A stretch of DNA of 64,000 nucleotides, taken from NCBI GenBank assembly GCA_024704765.1, contig JAKMXF010000044.1, positions 124,001-188,000 of the forward strand. Reading direction: 5' to 3'. This stretch comes from Oopsacas minuta (lineage: Eukaryota > Animalia > Porifera). A program made the translations under genes and the position numbers. Under the pieces are notes generated by a model. It ran no database searches. It worked only from the letters and a program-made list of their open reading frames with translations, and was not told the origin of the DNA. Numbering within the stretch: position 1 is the first letter of the stretch; each line of letters begins with the position of its first letter. Shown here in pieces: positions 49,441 through 62,265 of this stretch.

Positions 49441-49730
49441 TTTACCACCTGATCTCCAATATCTTGTTGATCACATGCATCCATTGACATGGGTATTTAA
49501 ATGGTATAACTGTGAGGCGAACCTCAGATAAAAACCAACGGCATCTGTCTTCAATGAAAGGTCATTTTTTCGGATTAATGGAAGTCACCTTTCCGAATGA
49601 GGGTATGTGGTTTCTATTATAGCTTAGCTACATATAAGGAATCTGATTTAGTATTTTTTTGCAGATCAATAAAGTAATTGAGAAATCTGTTATTTAGTAT
49701 CACTAGTAGATATTTTCCTTTAATTTCGGA

Positions 49731-49786
49731 ACTCCTCTTAATCGGGACAATGGTCCTATAACCAATGTGTCCCAATAATGTGGAGT
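49731..49786. repeat. Miniature pogo-like hairpin remnant
   Basis: ACTCCTCTTAATCGGGACA pairs with TGTCCCAATAATGTGGAGT (15/19 match). Confidence 0.55.
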
Positions 49787-50432
49787 TGACCTACTTCTAC
49801 TGCACAAAAATTCTAATTATGCCCAAATTGGATTTCAAGATTCTGGACGATATAGAATAATAATTTATAAATACCATACTATATTTTTGCTAATTCACCT
49901 CCTTAGCCCAATGTGAAGACATGCCCGCGACTAATATCGGGAGAGCTAGATAGGTAGTCAATTATGCAATTGAAAAGTATAGTTTTGATATATATCACAA
50001 GATTTGTCCCCACTTGAGCGAAATCCATTATGCCAATTATTTGACGGTTTAATAATCAATTATTTTAATAATATTGATTCAAAACAAGTACATAATTCAA
50101 AATATATGAGTTTTGTTCATAGAAAATATTTGTTGGTTGTGCAATATTCTGAGCAATTCCGGTTAAATATTCATTAGCACTCTTCTGTCCTTAGTTATAA
50201 CATAAGGTAATATTTCTAATATTTTCGTTGATTTGCCTGTATTTCTATTCTTGGAATAAACCTTCAATTTCCGATACTTATTTGAGCTAATAGCGTTTCT
50301 GTACATCCTTGCTCACAAGGTTCCCATTTATACGAAATTGGTCTATGATACCTACATCTGTATTCTTTTAACACCCCAAAGTACCCTTTTATTCGAGTCT
50401 CATTTTGATAACTTTACACAATGTGATACGGA

Positions 50433-50490
50433 TTCGCTCAAATGGGCTTTGCTCAAGTGGGTTTCGCTCAACTGAGTTCGATCAATTGGA
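50433..50490 (+). repeat. ~15-bp minisatellite, 4 copies
   Basis: Degenerate TTCGCTCAAATGGGC units. Confidence 0.7.
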
Positions 50491-50494
50491 GAAA

Positions 50495-53400
50495 CCCTAT
50501 CATAAGACTACTGAAGATATGCCTGATCATTGATTCAACTTCACTAACCAGGAAACAATAGTATGTGAGTATATTTAGTGGGAATTACTATAATCGTCGA
50601 TAATATGAAACTGGTACATTTTCACTTGAATAAATGTATTATTGATATATAAGAATTCACAAAACAAATTTCATGATTTTCAGATCGAAGGGACGTCATC
50701 TGTTACCGTAATTGGCAAGTATGTAATAAAACATGCTCAACCTTTGGAACCATATAGAACGTTAATTATTAATCTATTTTCAAAATTTGGCATTCCAAAT
50801 GATCCAGAATGTGTCTGTACAAAATACTTGAAATTTGTCATGATAAAGTTGGGATTATTTTGAGTTATCACACAGACCATGGATGTCATATCCTTTGTCA
50901 ATATCCTCTTATAACTCGATAATGGTTACAATTATGACCAATTCAGCATAGCCAATATTTAGTATACCCCTGATTTCCCATATCCCTTACAATTCATCTT
51001 GATATGATAACCAGGGGCTTAACTAGCATTACGCACAGTACGCACGCGCGTACTAAAAGTTATCAAGTTAGGGACGCGGAATGAGAATTAAGACAAAAAT
51101 ATATTTCTCCTGTCCTTAATAGATGCATCAACCCACATACAATATCGTTGTTAAATGAGAGTGCGACCGATGAATGTATTTTGTGATCATTCGTTTATAT
51201 GCGGTTTCGTAAATTTGATTTTTGGCTTTTATAATTATTTAATGGATACCTCGAAGAGCGGTGGAAACAAGCGAACGATGTCTAGGTACCATTACAAGAT
51301 GTCCAAAGCCAGACGTGTACGTGTAGAAAAAAGAAGACATGTCACAGCGGATGCTATCATTTATTATGTAAGTAAATATCAATTTCATTCATTTTGTGTT
51401 TTTATTACAAATTTATTTTGAAATGAACCTTCTACGATACAAGAAGCAAATGATGCTACAATGTGCTCAGTCTCACCATTAGGGGATTAATGTTCTGTAA
51501 TGATTGGGCGTAGTCTATCTCTAGCTGTATTGGACATTACTCAAAGCTCTCGCTGGATAGAGAATGAAATACAGAGTGTTGAAACTGCTCTAAGCTGTGT
51601 CATTACTTCTCATCCGCCTAGTGATAAAACCTCTATACATGTAAGCTCTACTAATTGTGTTATTGCGTCTTCATCAACAACGACGAAATTGACTGGAGGT
51701 GGTGAGGTTTTAGCAACATCAGATAGTGGGGAATTGCAAGGCAAGAAGCTAAGCGATGTTGAAAAGTTAGACATTGAAAGAGCAAAAATCCCCATCCGGC
51801 CAAAGCTCCCTTATAGAAATATTTGTAAGAAGAAAAGGAAATTCAATCCCGATTTTGTCTTCGTACAAATGGTTACGTGACGCAAAAATACTTGATGAAT
51901 GTTTTTTGCGCTGTTTGTTTCTATTCAGTGCCCTCAAAGAGAGTGTTTTGACAACTTCTCCATTTAGTGATTGGTCTAACGTTGGCGCTGTGTTGAGAAA
52001 GCATCAAGTATCCAGGGATCATGCTGATGCTTCTCGATGTTGTGTGTCCTTTAGTGATATTGCATCTGGCAAGCAGCATTTTGTGTACTAGAGTGTTTCG
52101 AATGTTTACCAAGAAACTATTAGAAGAAATCGTCATTTTATTGGCGAATTGGTGCGAGTAATTCTCCTGTGTTGAAGACAGAATATTGCATTAAGTGGTC
52201 ACATATCAGAGACAAGCAACTTCCACTCGATATTGAATCTTCTTCGTAAACGCGATCCGGTTTTGGACAACTTTCTGACTAGGTCACCTCGGCATGCACA
52301 ATACATCAGTCCTCAAATTCAGAATGAATTAATCCAGGTGATTGGACAACAGATTCAGCGAAATATTTTAGTAGATTTTCGTGAGGCTAAATGGTTTGGT
52401 TTTATAGCAGATGAAACTCCAGATGTTTCCCATATTGAACAATTGTCACTCCGCTGTTCAGTATATTACAACAAATGCTGAGGTGAAGGAAATGTTTCTG
52501 GAATTTGTTCAAACTGAAGACGCATGAGGGATATCTTTGGCCAAGTTGTTTCTTCAGAAAATATTTACTTGGAATTTGGAGAAGGAAATATGAGAGCGCA
52601 AGCCTATGACAAGGGTTCCAATATGAGTGGGAAATTTAATTGAGTTAACGCAGTGATTCAGAGGGAATTACCAGATTCAATCTATTGCGCATGTCAAGCA
52701 CATGGGTTGAATACCGCAATTGTTCATTCTTGTAGAATAACCAGTGTTTCAAACCTGCTAACCAAGGAGAATGAGGCTATTAAAATGACGGAATCATCTG
52801 TTAAACGACACAACATTTACAAACAAGAACTAAGGGAACTCCATAACTTCATTGATGAGGATGATATCGATGCCTCTATAGAAATTCCACTGGCATATGA
52901 TACTCGTTGGATTAGCCATTCTGAATGTCTCAAGGGCGTGAAAAAGAAGTTTGTTGTAGTTGTTTCCTCACTGGGACAAATTTTTGAATTTGACGCAAAA
53001 GCCACTAGTGTACTTAATTCTATATTTCAATTTGACTTCATTACCTCACTGTTTATTGTTGAAAATATTCTCGGATACATTGTTAGTTTGCACAAATCTC
53101 TTCAGAAAGTCAATGTAGACTTGGTGATGGCTGTTGGTGGTGCAAAAGTCATTGTCCGGTGCTTGAAAAATATTCGGAATGAAGAGTATTTGAGCTCACT
53201 TTTTGATAACGCAGATATATTGGCAACAAATGTTGATGTAGAAGAAAATACCCCTCGCATAACCAAAAGGCAATGAAATAGAGCAAACGCTGAATCGTTA
53301 GATACCAGGCAACACAATTTTCGGAACTTGTTTTTACCTTTCCTAGATCCTATGATTGTGGAACTGAATGAACAACTCATACAGTCGAGACCACGCCTTG

Positions 53401-54570
53401 TTGCACGGTATCTTATTCCAAGCCGTTTTTCGCAGCTTTCTCACTTTGCAGGGAAAGATATATTTAATTTCTATAGATCGGATTGTGAGTATGATGAAAA
53501 GAAATTGAAAATTTGGAGAAGTAATTGGTGCTCAATTATAGAGAAAGATAAACCAACAACTGCTTGTGAAACTCTAGTTTGTATGTCGAAGGACACATTC
53601 CCAAACATCTACAGTGCACTTGCTATTGTGGCAACAATGCTTGTATCCACTGCAACTGCAGAACGTTCATTTAGCACACTGAAAAGACTGAAAACATGTT
53701 TGCGGAACACGATGTGTCAAAGCCGTTTGACAGGACTAGCGCTGATGCATCTACATAAGAATATTGATGTTGACGTCGAACTGGTCCTACTTGACTTTGA
53801 TCCGCTGAACGATAGGCGCATCCTCCTCGCATTTGATTAATCGATTATAATTGAATAATTTATTAGTACATTCAGAGAAATAAGTATCTACATTTTATAT
53901 TCTGATGGTGAAAGTGGGGTGCCAATTTTATGTAGTGCGTAGTAATTTAAAATATGTAGCTACGCCCCTAATGATAACCAATACCAATATAACGTAATCA
54001 TGAATATGCCGATATAAGGTCATTATGAGATTGCCCAATAGTCTTCATGGATATCATATCAAGATATATTACAGTAGTATAAGAAGTTGGGTATACACTA
54101 TGTGATGGCCATCCTGATTTGACAATAATTCCGCGATTATCGAGTTATAAGAGGAAATTAACAAAATACATGCAATCTATGGTCTGGGCGATATCTCAGA
54201 AACGTTGACACTTTATCATGACGATATTTTTGCATTTTGTAAAGAAACGGTTTTGGATCATTTGGTGTTTCAACCTTTTGAAAGTAGATTAATAATTAAC
54301 GTTCTACATGATTCTAAAGGTTGAGCTTTCTTTATTACATACTTTCCAATTACCCTAGCAGACGTATTCATTCCGTAATTTCGTTCAGAAGTTTCTCAGA
54401 AATTTGACTTTTGTGAATTCTTATATATTCCTAATGCATTTATCCGACTGAATATTTACCAGTTTCATTTAATCTACGATCATAGAATTTGCCATCAAAA
54501 TATAAACATTTTTCCCTGGTCCAGTGAAAATTGACTAAGTGATCAGGCCTTATCTTTAGTAGACTAGGTA
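50495..54570. mobile_element. Family A foldback element (two ~500-bp inverted arms, ~1.1 kb) interrupted near its centre by a hAT
   Basis: 50495-51010 is the diverged reverse complement of 54050-54570. The right end is followed by TTAA (54571-54574). Termini resemble CCCTTAGCCTACTAAAG. Confidence 0.85.
51012..53970 (+). mobile_element. hAT element, 2,959 bp, ZMYM1-like transposase (TTF zinc finger, DUF4371-like region, hATC), pseudogenised
   Basis: Perfect 8-bp TSD ATGATAAC (51004-51011 and 53971-53978). TIRs CAGGGGCTTAACTAG and GTAGCTACGCCCCTA. Motifs YISPQIQNELI, FIADETPDVSHIEQLS, CQAHGLN, TRWISH and STATAERSFSTLKRLKT. Confidence 0.95.
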
Positions 54571-55085
54571 TTAACAAAATATAATTTCTTAGATATGAAG
54601 GATATGGTAAAGCGAAGTTGTGAAGTATCTGAGTAGCAGTAATTATTCACCTTATCTGTTTTTTTCATGGTATTATTACAATTGAGGCTAATTATTTGGC
54701 TAGATATTTTGGAATGGTCAATCTCCCCGAAAAATACGAATATTTACATCATCTATTTTCAAAACTTGATTTAACTTCTGCATGCAATTTTGAGGGAATT
54801 TCTAACTGGAAACTTGAATGTTGGTAGTACATTTCAAACTTGCCCTAAATTCGCAAAACTATATTCAATTCTATTCGAAATTAAACTTTGACTGCTTCAA
54901 TCTGTTTTGTAATGATCTACTATAAGTATATAATTTGCATGAGGGTTGCTACATTTTACATGTTTAATACCACCGCTGAATATCTATTTACAACCACTTG
55001 GTTAGTAATTACAATTATAATTAATGATGTTCTTGATGGATTTCATCCTATGTTTGTTAGATCTTTCCTTTCTCTTGTTTCTTAG

Positions 55086-55462
55086 GGATGGTCCTTGATG
55101 TCTCTGGTGGGAAAAAAGAAAATGGAACAAAGGTTCATGCATGGCCTTCTAATAAAACTGATGCTCAAAGATGGTATTTTACAAGTGATTGCAGGCTAGA
55201 ATCAGCTCTCAAAGATGGTATGTTTCTTGACATTCGTGAGAATAAGAATTCTAAGGGAACAACATGCTGCATATCTGAAATGAATAGTTCTAACTCCCAA
55301 CACTGGCAATTTACTAATGATGGTAATATATTTTCCTTAATGAATAGTAATGTATTAGATATACGTGGCTCGAATAAAAATAAGGGGACCGAGATAATAC
55401 TCTGGCCGAATTGGGGAGGTGAAAATCAAAGATGGGATATCGAAGATTCAGAAAGACTGTAG
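55086..55462 (+). CDS. Ricin-B / beta-trefoil lectin domain, probably the terminal exon of a host gene
   Basis: Three repeats (VLDV..QRW, FLDI..QHW, VLDI..QRW), no disruptions. Preceded by a polypyrimidine tract and AG (TTCCTTTCTCTTGTTTCTTAG at 55085). The first strands of repeat 1 are missing, which implies an upstream exon. Confidence 0.85.
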
Positions 55463-56727
55463 AACATATTGTTTTAGATGTTATATTTTCTACCTTTGAA
55501 GAACTTTATTTACGTATCTTCCTAAATATGTGAAACACCATACTTGCAGTTGACACTATGTAGTATGTATCATATTTACAATTTCTGTATACTTTTTGTA
55601 GGTATATTTATTCTAATTATTAATCATTGTTAGGGAAATCTTGCAAAGAAATTCACAATTGACCGAAAGATTGTGCAATATTGTCTGTCAATCTTTCTTG
55701 AGTCAAACCGTGTTGGTGTGATTCCTTGTTGGTGATAGTTTGAAGAATTTTTTCCCTCAAGGTCCGAGATGTTTTGATAATCTCAGCCAAACCCGGATAA
55801 ACTATGAACCACAGGAACCACGTGTATTGAAACGATGAATGGGCAATTATATAATCATATGCTCTTATAATTTCAGTTCCAGTATGGGTATTTGCTAAAA
55901 TTTCCTTCAGCTTGGGTCAGTTATGTATCCATAGACTCCAAACTCAGATACATAAATGCTGGCCACATTTCTGCCTCTCCCAATTGGCCAGTTTTATGAC
56001 ATAGTGTGTAATGGAATAGAATAATTTATATATATACTTGTTAAACAGAAAAAGTATCAAATCAATCGAAATAATTCCTCAAAATCGATAATATTTTTAC
56101 TTACCAAGTGGAATTTATATTCTATACCTGCCTTTGACTTGAAAAGGTCAAATAACGTAAATGTTAATGGGTATGTTAGAGATGGAAATATTGATAAAAC
56201 GAGCGAGCAGAGTGAGATAATTAAAATTCATAGACCTATATGCTATCTAAAATATTTGGTGAGAGATAGTCTCTTGTTGTGTTTGTGATAACTTGGCTTA
56301 AAAATTCTGGATTTCTCTAAATGCTGGGTTTATAGGCACTTGGCTGATCCGCTGTTTGGGTAAACCAATAATTTGCCAGTCACTTGAGATGCATTTAGCG
56401 AGGTTACTTATTATATAAGCGAGTATAAGCTGAACGTTATTGGTTTGGTTCCAGGTTGGTTCCGGCTTGGAAATTTCAACCCTTTCCTACCTTAATCTGT
56501 TTTGTTGAATGATAATTCGTATTTTTTTTCTAAATAATATTACATATTTTTCAAGTAAATAGATTGAAATACTTAATATATGCCAATATTTAGGTTGATT
56601 ATTTCTACATTTTATGTTTTCTGGATTATCGAAAATTCATCTAATAAATCTCTGTACCTCCATTACATATGTTTGATAACCGATTATTGCATTACTGAAG
56701 TGCCTAAATCAACCACATTTCAGAATA

Positions 56728-57125
56728 TAGTGGAGCCTCCCAAAGTGGGGACTTTGTCCAAGTGGCATTTGGGGTGAGCCGCAGGAAATTTGGAATGAAT
56801 TATATACAAATATTCAATTCCAAATTCTCGTAGTATGGTGAGATGAAATAGAACCGCCCTTATTGGACATCATTAAAGTTGTCAGGAGTCCACTTTTGAC
56901 CCGAACAGTCCAGAATTGGATCCATTTGTTCGGACTACGAGTTGGAACTATTTTGTCCTGTTTTGAATGAAATTAGTCCTTGTAGCTACATATCTGTCAA
57001 CCTTTGTCACTTAAAAACTGGTGGAGCGCAGTGTACCATGGACACCAGAAAATATGACTTGCTCCACACGCTCGCTCGTTCAAAACTTATTTTGCCATTA
57101 AAACACATCTATTCGCGCCATTAGT
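56728..57125 (+). mobile_element. Possible 5' fragment of a pogo/Tigger element
   Basis: TA|TAGTGGAGCCTCCCAAAGTGG terminus and a WTPENM psq-HTH-like snippet. No matching right TIR was found. Confidence 0.35.
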
Positions 57126-59000
57126 CTTCATTTTGGAGTACACAATGACTTAATTGCCAACATTCATCTTCATATCGGGGTCTATGGAGACACCATATCT
57201 TTGCTGTAGCCTTCATATAGTGTCCAAAGAGACCCTTACAGTAATATTCCTCTTAGTGTTTACAGTAACCCTTTAGCCTAGCTACTCGTTTTTTGTGTCC
57301 TATGTACCCCATCGCAAAATTCGATAATACTGCTCAAATTCATTGTGCAGACCCCATAGCCAATTGCACTTTATCATTATGCCTAGGGCCCGGTTAGATT
57401 TATTTTTATATTTATACACACTAACCAATCGTAAATATTCGAAAATCATTAGATTTCCTAATTTTGATACCAGGCAATTGGAGCGTGTATTTGTGTATGT
57501 ATTAAATAGTATGCTTGATGAACCTATTGATCATTTAGTTGACATCATTCTGACTAAATTACAATAATTTACAAAACATCTGTTTTCTAACCATACCTAA
57601 CCAATTAAAATGATATTGACCTCATTAATTATCAAATAGTTTCCAGTCAATGGGAATGTACCAATTCTGATACCATCTTTGAGCTATTCGGGTCTCACTT
57701 ACCCTAGGATTAATATTTCGAATGATTAGGAGGAAAAGTGGTTGAGTTATTGGCATATTAATTATTGTGGCATATGTGGCACATGGATAGATCATTGTGA
57801 CCCAGGGACTGTAACTGCCCTCCGCGTCACCGCCATCGCGGGGGGGCCCCCAGCACCAGAAACTTTTTTGCCTGTAGCTGACAGTCATTTGATCATCTGT
57901 AAATTATTGCACTTTTTCTCATCTACAAGTTACATATAAAAGTTAAGTAACCTGATGTGACCCGAATTGTTATTTCTGATCATTTATCATTGAAACTTAG
58001 AAATATTTACAGGTATGGTATCAGATTAATCTAGTTTATATTAAATTTGGTGAATAATTCATCATATTCTATGTTTTACTATACCAACTAGCATATACAA
58101 TATGAGTACTATGTTCAGATTTCTAGTCAAAATTATAATCTAGCAGATAGATTGTTTTATTAACACTCTATTTAAGAGAGTATATAACCAAACCATAAAT
58201 TTGAAAATATGCCCACCAGGTGATAACTCACTTGATAACTGCGAACACAGAGCTCTAAATCCACATTCTGCACAAATCGTGCCACTATGCTTGAATACCC
58301 ATGTGTCGTCATTAAGAGCAAGTCTCTACGATTATTTCATGATTTAAATTATTTTCACTTTATATTTATAATACAATAAATTTACATATTAAAAACTTGA
58401 AATTAGCAAGTTCTGATCCAGCGTACTTTTTTTACCTCAGGATACACATTGAAAACACGTCTCTCCCAATATTTTCGGTTTTGGTGAATTTGTGGACATG
58501 ATAGATTTCTCAAAATCAACACATATATTACATTTGATTGATACAAAGGGTAAAAATTGGATACAGCATGTTCTATTTTCAATATTTCTGCTTACAAAGG
58601 ACAGGATACAATTTTAAAATTTCGCGGCATGTTGAAGGTCTTGAAAGGGTGAATGCAGTCAAATATGTAAGCGCAACTTTATGGAAAATTATAAATGTTG
58701 CAATATTTACTATATTCCCAGCAATGCAAAAATTATAACTCCTTTCGATTTGCCTCAAATAATTATCAAATTTTATCCTGTTATGGTCATAACAGTGCTG
58801 TAACTTCTTTCTGTGGCCCCCCTCCTAATCAGGTTGGAGGCCACTCTTAAGCAAATCATGAAATTGGTAAGCAAATAGTGACCTAATGCAAAATTAGTTA
58901 TCAAAAACAAGTAATCAAATATGCATGCGAAAAGTACAATTGTATTTATCAGAAGAATTTTGAATGAATATTCGGCGCAATTTAAGATTTCGGCCCAATA

Positions 59001-60306
59001 CGAGGGTCAGTCCAAAAGTTTCGTTGTAGACAAAAAATATAATAACAAATTTAATCAAACTTTCACAGTTTCTCAAAGTACGACCACAACAATCTATGCA
59101 ATGTTGCATACGATGAAACCAACTGTCGAAACAACTATGCCATTTTTCCTCTGGCAGGCTCCAAAGGGACTCTTCAAAATCCAGACGAGCCTCTTCAGGA
59201 CTCTCAAACCTTATTCCACGGATCTTTTCCTTGATTGTTGGGGACAAGAAAAACTCGCATGGAGCTAAATCTGGACTGTAAGGTGGATGCAATACCAACT
59301 GGCCGAATTTTCAGCCAGGAAGTCCAATGTTTTGGCTGCTGTGTGTGCAGATGCATTATCGTGGTGAAGGAGAAGTCCTCTGATATCGGTCTTAGGGCGA
59401 CGAGAACTCCAAGGTTCGAAAGCCTTGGGCAGGCAATTGTTAATGTACCAATCAGCATTGACGGTACGACGATCCTCGAGAGGAATTATTGTTAGTGGGC
59501 CAGTCTTACAGAAAAAAGCAGCCACCATCTTCTTCCCAACGCTGCGAGCCCGGCGAAATTTAACAGGGAGATCTTCGGCAGGAAACACCCAGAGTAAAGA
59601 TTGCTGCTTTGTTTCCGGATCGTACCGATAGATCCATGTCTCATCACATGTTAGTATGTCGTAAACTCGTTTAGACTCACCTCCTTTAAATTTCTTGAGC
59701 ATAAACTTGCACCATTCTACCCTTGCCTCTAATTGCATTTCAGAGAGATAATGTGGGATCCATCGGACCGCAAGCCTTCTGACACCAAGATAATCATGTA
59801 GAATAGTATTGATGGCGGCTTTCCCGATCATTAGGGTCTCAGCAAACTGCTCATAGTTAATGCGGCTATCCTCTTTGATTAATGTCTCGGCAGCAGCAAT
59901 AGTCTCTGGAGTGACGGCGGTTGAAGGTCGCCCAGACCTAGCCTCATCTTGTAATGACGTTCTCTCCCTCCTGAAATCTAGATACCAACGTTCCACTGTA
60001 CGCTTAGATGGAGCTTGATCTTGGAAAGCTTCCACCAAGTTATCATGACTCTGCTCCATTGATATTTTACGCATAAAGTCATAAACCATCATGGCTCTAA
60101 AATCCCTTCTTTCCAGTTCCATTCAGTAATAATAAAATCTGTATATAGGCTTATGGATAAAATAGCGCTACTCAGGAAATAAGTGTTGAATATAACTCAA
60201 ATTAATAGTAGAGTCATTGTATATATATCTAAGTATATAGTGTTGTATTTATTTGATTGAAGACAAAATAGAACCTTTGTACGACAAACTTTTGGACTGA
60301 CCCTCG
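59001..60306 (-). mobile_element. mariner element, 1,306 bp, 21-bp perfect TIR core, TA TSD
   Basis: TA|CGAGGGTCAGTCCAAAAGTTT ... AAACTTTTGGACTGACCCTCG|TA. Related to the copy at 12296-13621. Confidence 0.97.
59063..60122 (-). pseudogene. mariner transposase, near-intact (two 1-nt deletions; third catalytic position is E)
   Basis: 285-aa ORF with TCDETW and HHDNASAH. A frameshift at ~59303 leads into HPPYSPDLAPCEFF. A second frameshift at ~59080 precedes YFEKL*. Confidence 0.93.
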
Positions 60307-60349
60307 TATTTCTTATTGAATGGCATCAGGGCCGGTAAAGAATAGGTAA

Positions 60350-60806
60350 GTTACTGATGAAGGCAGAACTTTTAAACAAGAGTGGACATTACAGTACTTT
60401 TCATAGAAGAGAAAGGAAAACCGATCTGTCTTATCTGTAATCAGAGTGTAAATGTAATGAAAGTCAGTAATTTATCCAGACACTACGACATAATGCATAA
60501 AGATGCATTTGAAAATTTGATCTGAGTGTTGAAACTTGAATTATATGTATTTATCTACAATTCTACATACTATATTATGCTGAGATCTAATCCAAATGGT
60601 GTCAGAATACATTTGTGTGGCATCACTAACACACTCATTCCATTCATCCATTCTTCATTATGGCCTCCCGGTTGCGTAGGGGCCATTATAAGTGTTTCTG
60701 AAACAATTATGGATTATAAATGAAAGAGCCTGAAAAGTAGAATAATTTCTGAAAGAGTTTAGGGCCGGACAAAATCACCTCGCGGGCCGGAGTTTGCCAA
60801 CCCCTG
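60350..60806 (+). mobile_element. GTF2IRD2-like hAT deletion derivative (N-terminal zinc-finger fragment plus right TIR)
   Basis: FKQEWTLQYFFIEEKGKPICLICNQ..NLSRHYDIMH. Right end GTTTGCCAACCCCTG|GTCTAGAC. The left end was not identified. Confidence 0.8.
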
Positions 60807-62265
60807 GTCTAGACGTATGAAAAGAACTAAAATGGAATTTAGGTGTATGGCCTTGAGAACCTGGATGAAACCCTGGTTTTTATACAATTAAACGCCCAAA
60901 AGACACCTAACTTCAAGGTTGAACATCATGCTTATAACAATTCACACAATGTCATTGCTTTCGGCTCAATTACTGACAGAATAGATGGCTCAACCAATTA
61001 CATATATTATCATCAAGCCTATTTATACATCATTTCCCACATGATCTTTGTGTATGGGTGTAGAAAAACAGTCGAATTCTACCACAATTGATGCAAACTT
61101 GATTAACTTGTTCTCCCGATACTATACTTAGATTAGCATTAAGTATGAGTATCAACACTATTTTGTTGTATTGAGGGGATATTCTCCTAATATTATTATC
61201 TAATGATATGATTCATTAATTATTCCAACAATTTTATTCAGAGAGATCGATAATGCAAATTAAAAGCATAAATCTCGTGATAATAAGAGTAGTTGGACTT
61301 TGACTTGATCAGAGGCACGAGTTATTTAATTTCTGAATTGAGGGATATTTATGAAATACTGGGTATGAAGTCGGACTCCCAAATTTCCATGATAGTCTAG
61401 GGTTGATCTAAGAGAAATTACAGTATTTTCGCTAAATATTCGATCGTGTATTCTCCTTCACAAAATATATAAGTACATGGGCACTAATTAAGAATAATAC
61501 TGTATGCCGAGAGGAAATTTGTCAAACAATTTGGTAGCCTCGAATTGTAGTTTCAGGTATTTTCTGATTCTTAACTTGACGAGTCAGATCTTGCTGGAAT
61601 TGGGTATCTACCCTTACCTTTCGAATTGTGAAATTTAATGAGCAGGCTATACCTCTGAGAGAAGTCGCCGCGGGGGGCATTCCCCCTGATAAACTCGTGC
61701 TCCGTGGCTTGACCTCTCTGGTAATAACGTGCTCCTAGGCATGGCTCCATGGCTCAATTGAAAACTCTAAAACTTCGGCTCACATATAACCCTCATATAG
61801 CATTATCTCACTCAAAAATCAGCAGGGATATCTTGTATTGATCTATATACCTAAGTATTATTTTCTGAGTATTATCCTCAGCTAAAATATCCATCGTATT
61901 CAAATACTCAATGGAAAAAGTCGATTGGAAAATACACCGAACAAAATGTGTATTTCGCAGTTATGAGAAATTGTTTCAATGTTCAAACCTACTTGACAGT
62001 AGAAAGGTAATTAATGTGTGACAATTATAGCTTGTTGTAAAGGGGCAACTCTCCGACTCCACTGGAATAATTGCAGCGTTCCAGACACTCGTCATAATGG
62101 CGTCGTACTATATGTGACTGGGGGCCCTTGGCCCTCCAAATATTTCCGAATTCCCATACCTTCACTCGAGAGACTATACAATGTCAACTTTCTGCCGTAT
62201 GATAGAATTCAGATTCGGACTCAGCCAGGTCGATTGTACATAGCCAATATATAGTGTCCATGAAG

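Noticed and set aside
58915-59631. Additional overlapping ORFs around the mariner
   Set aside because: Antisense or shifted frames of the transposase. The 127-aa ORF runs past the true C-terminus because of a frameshift.
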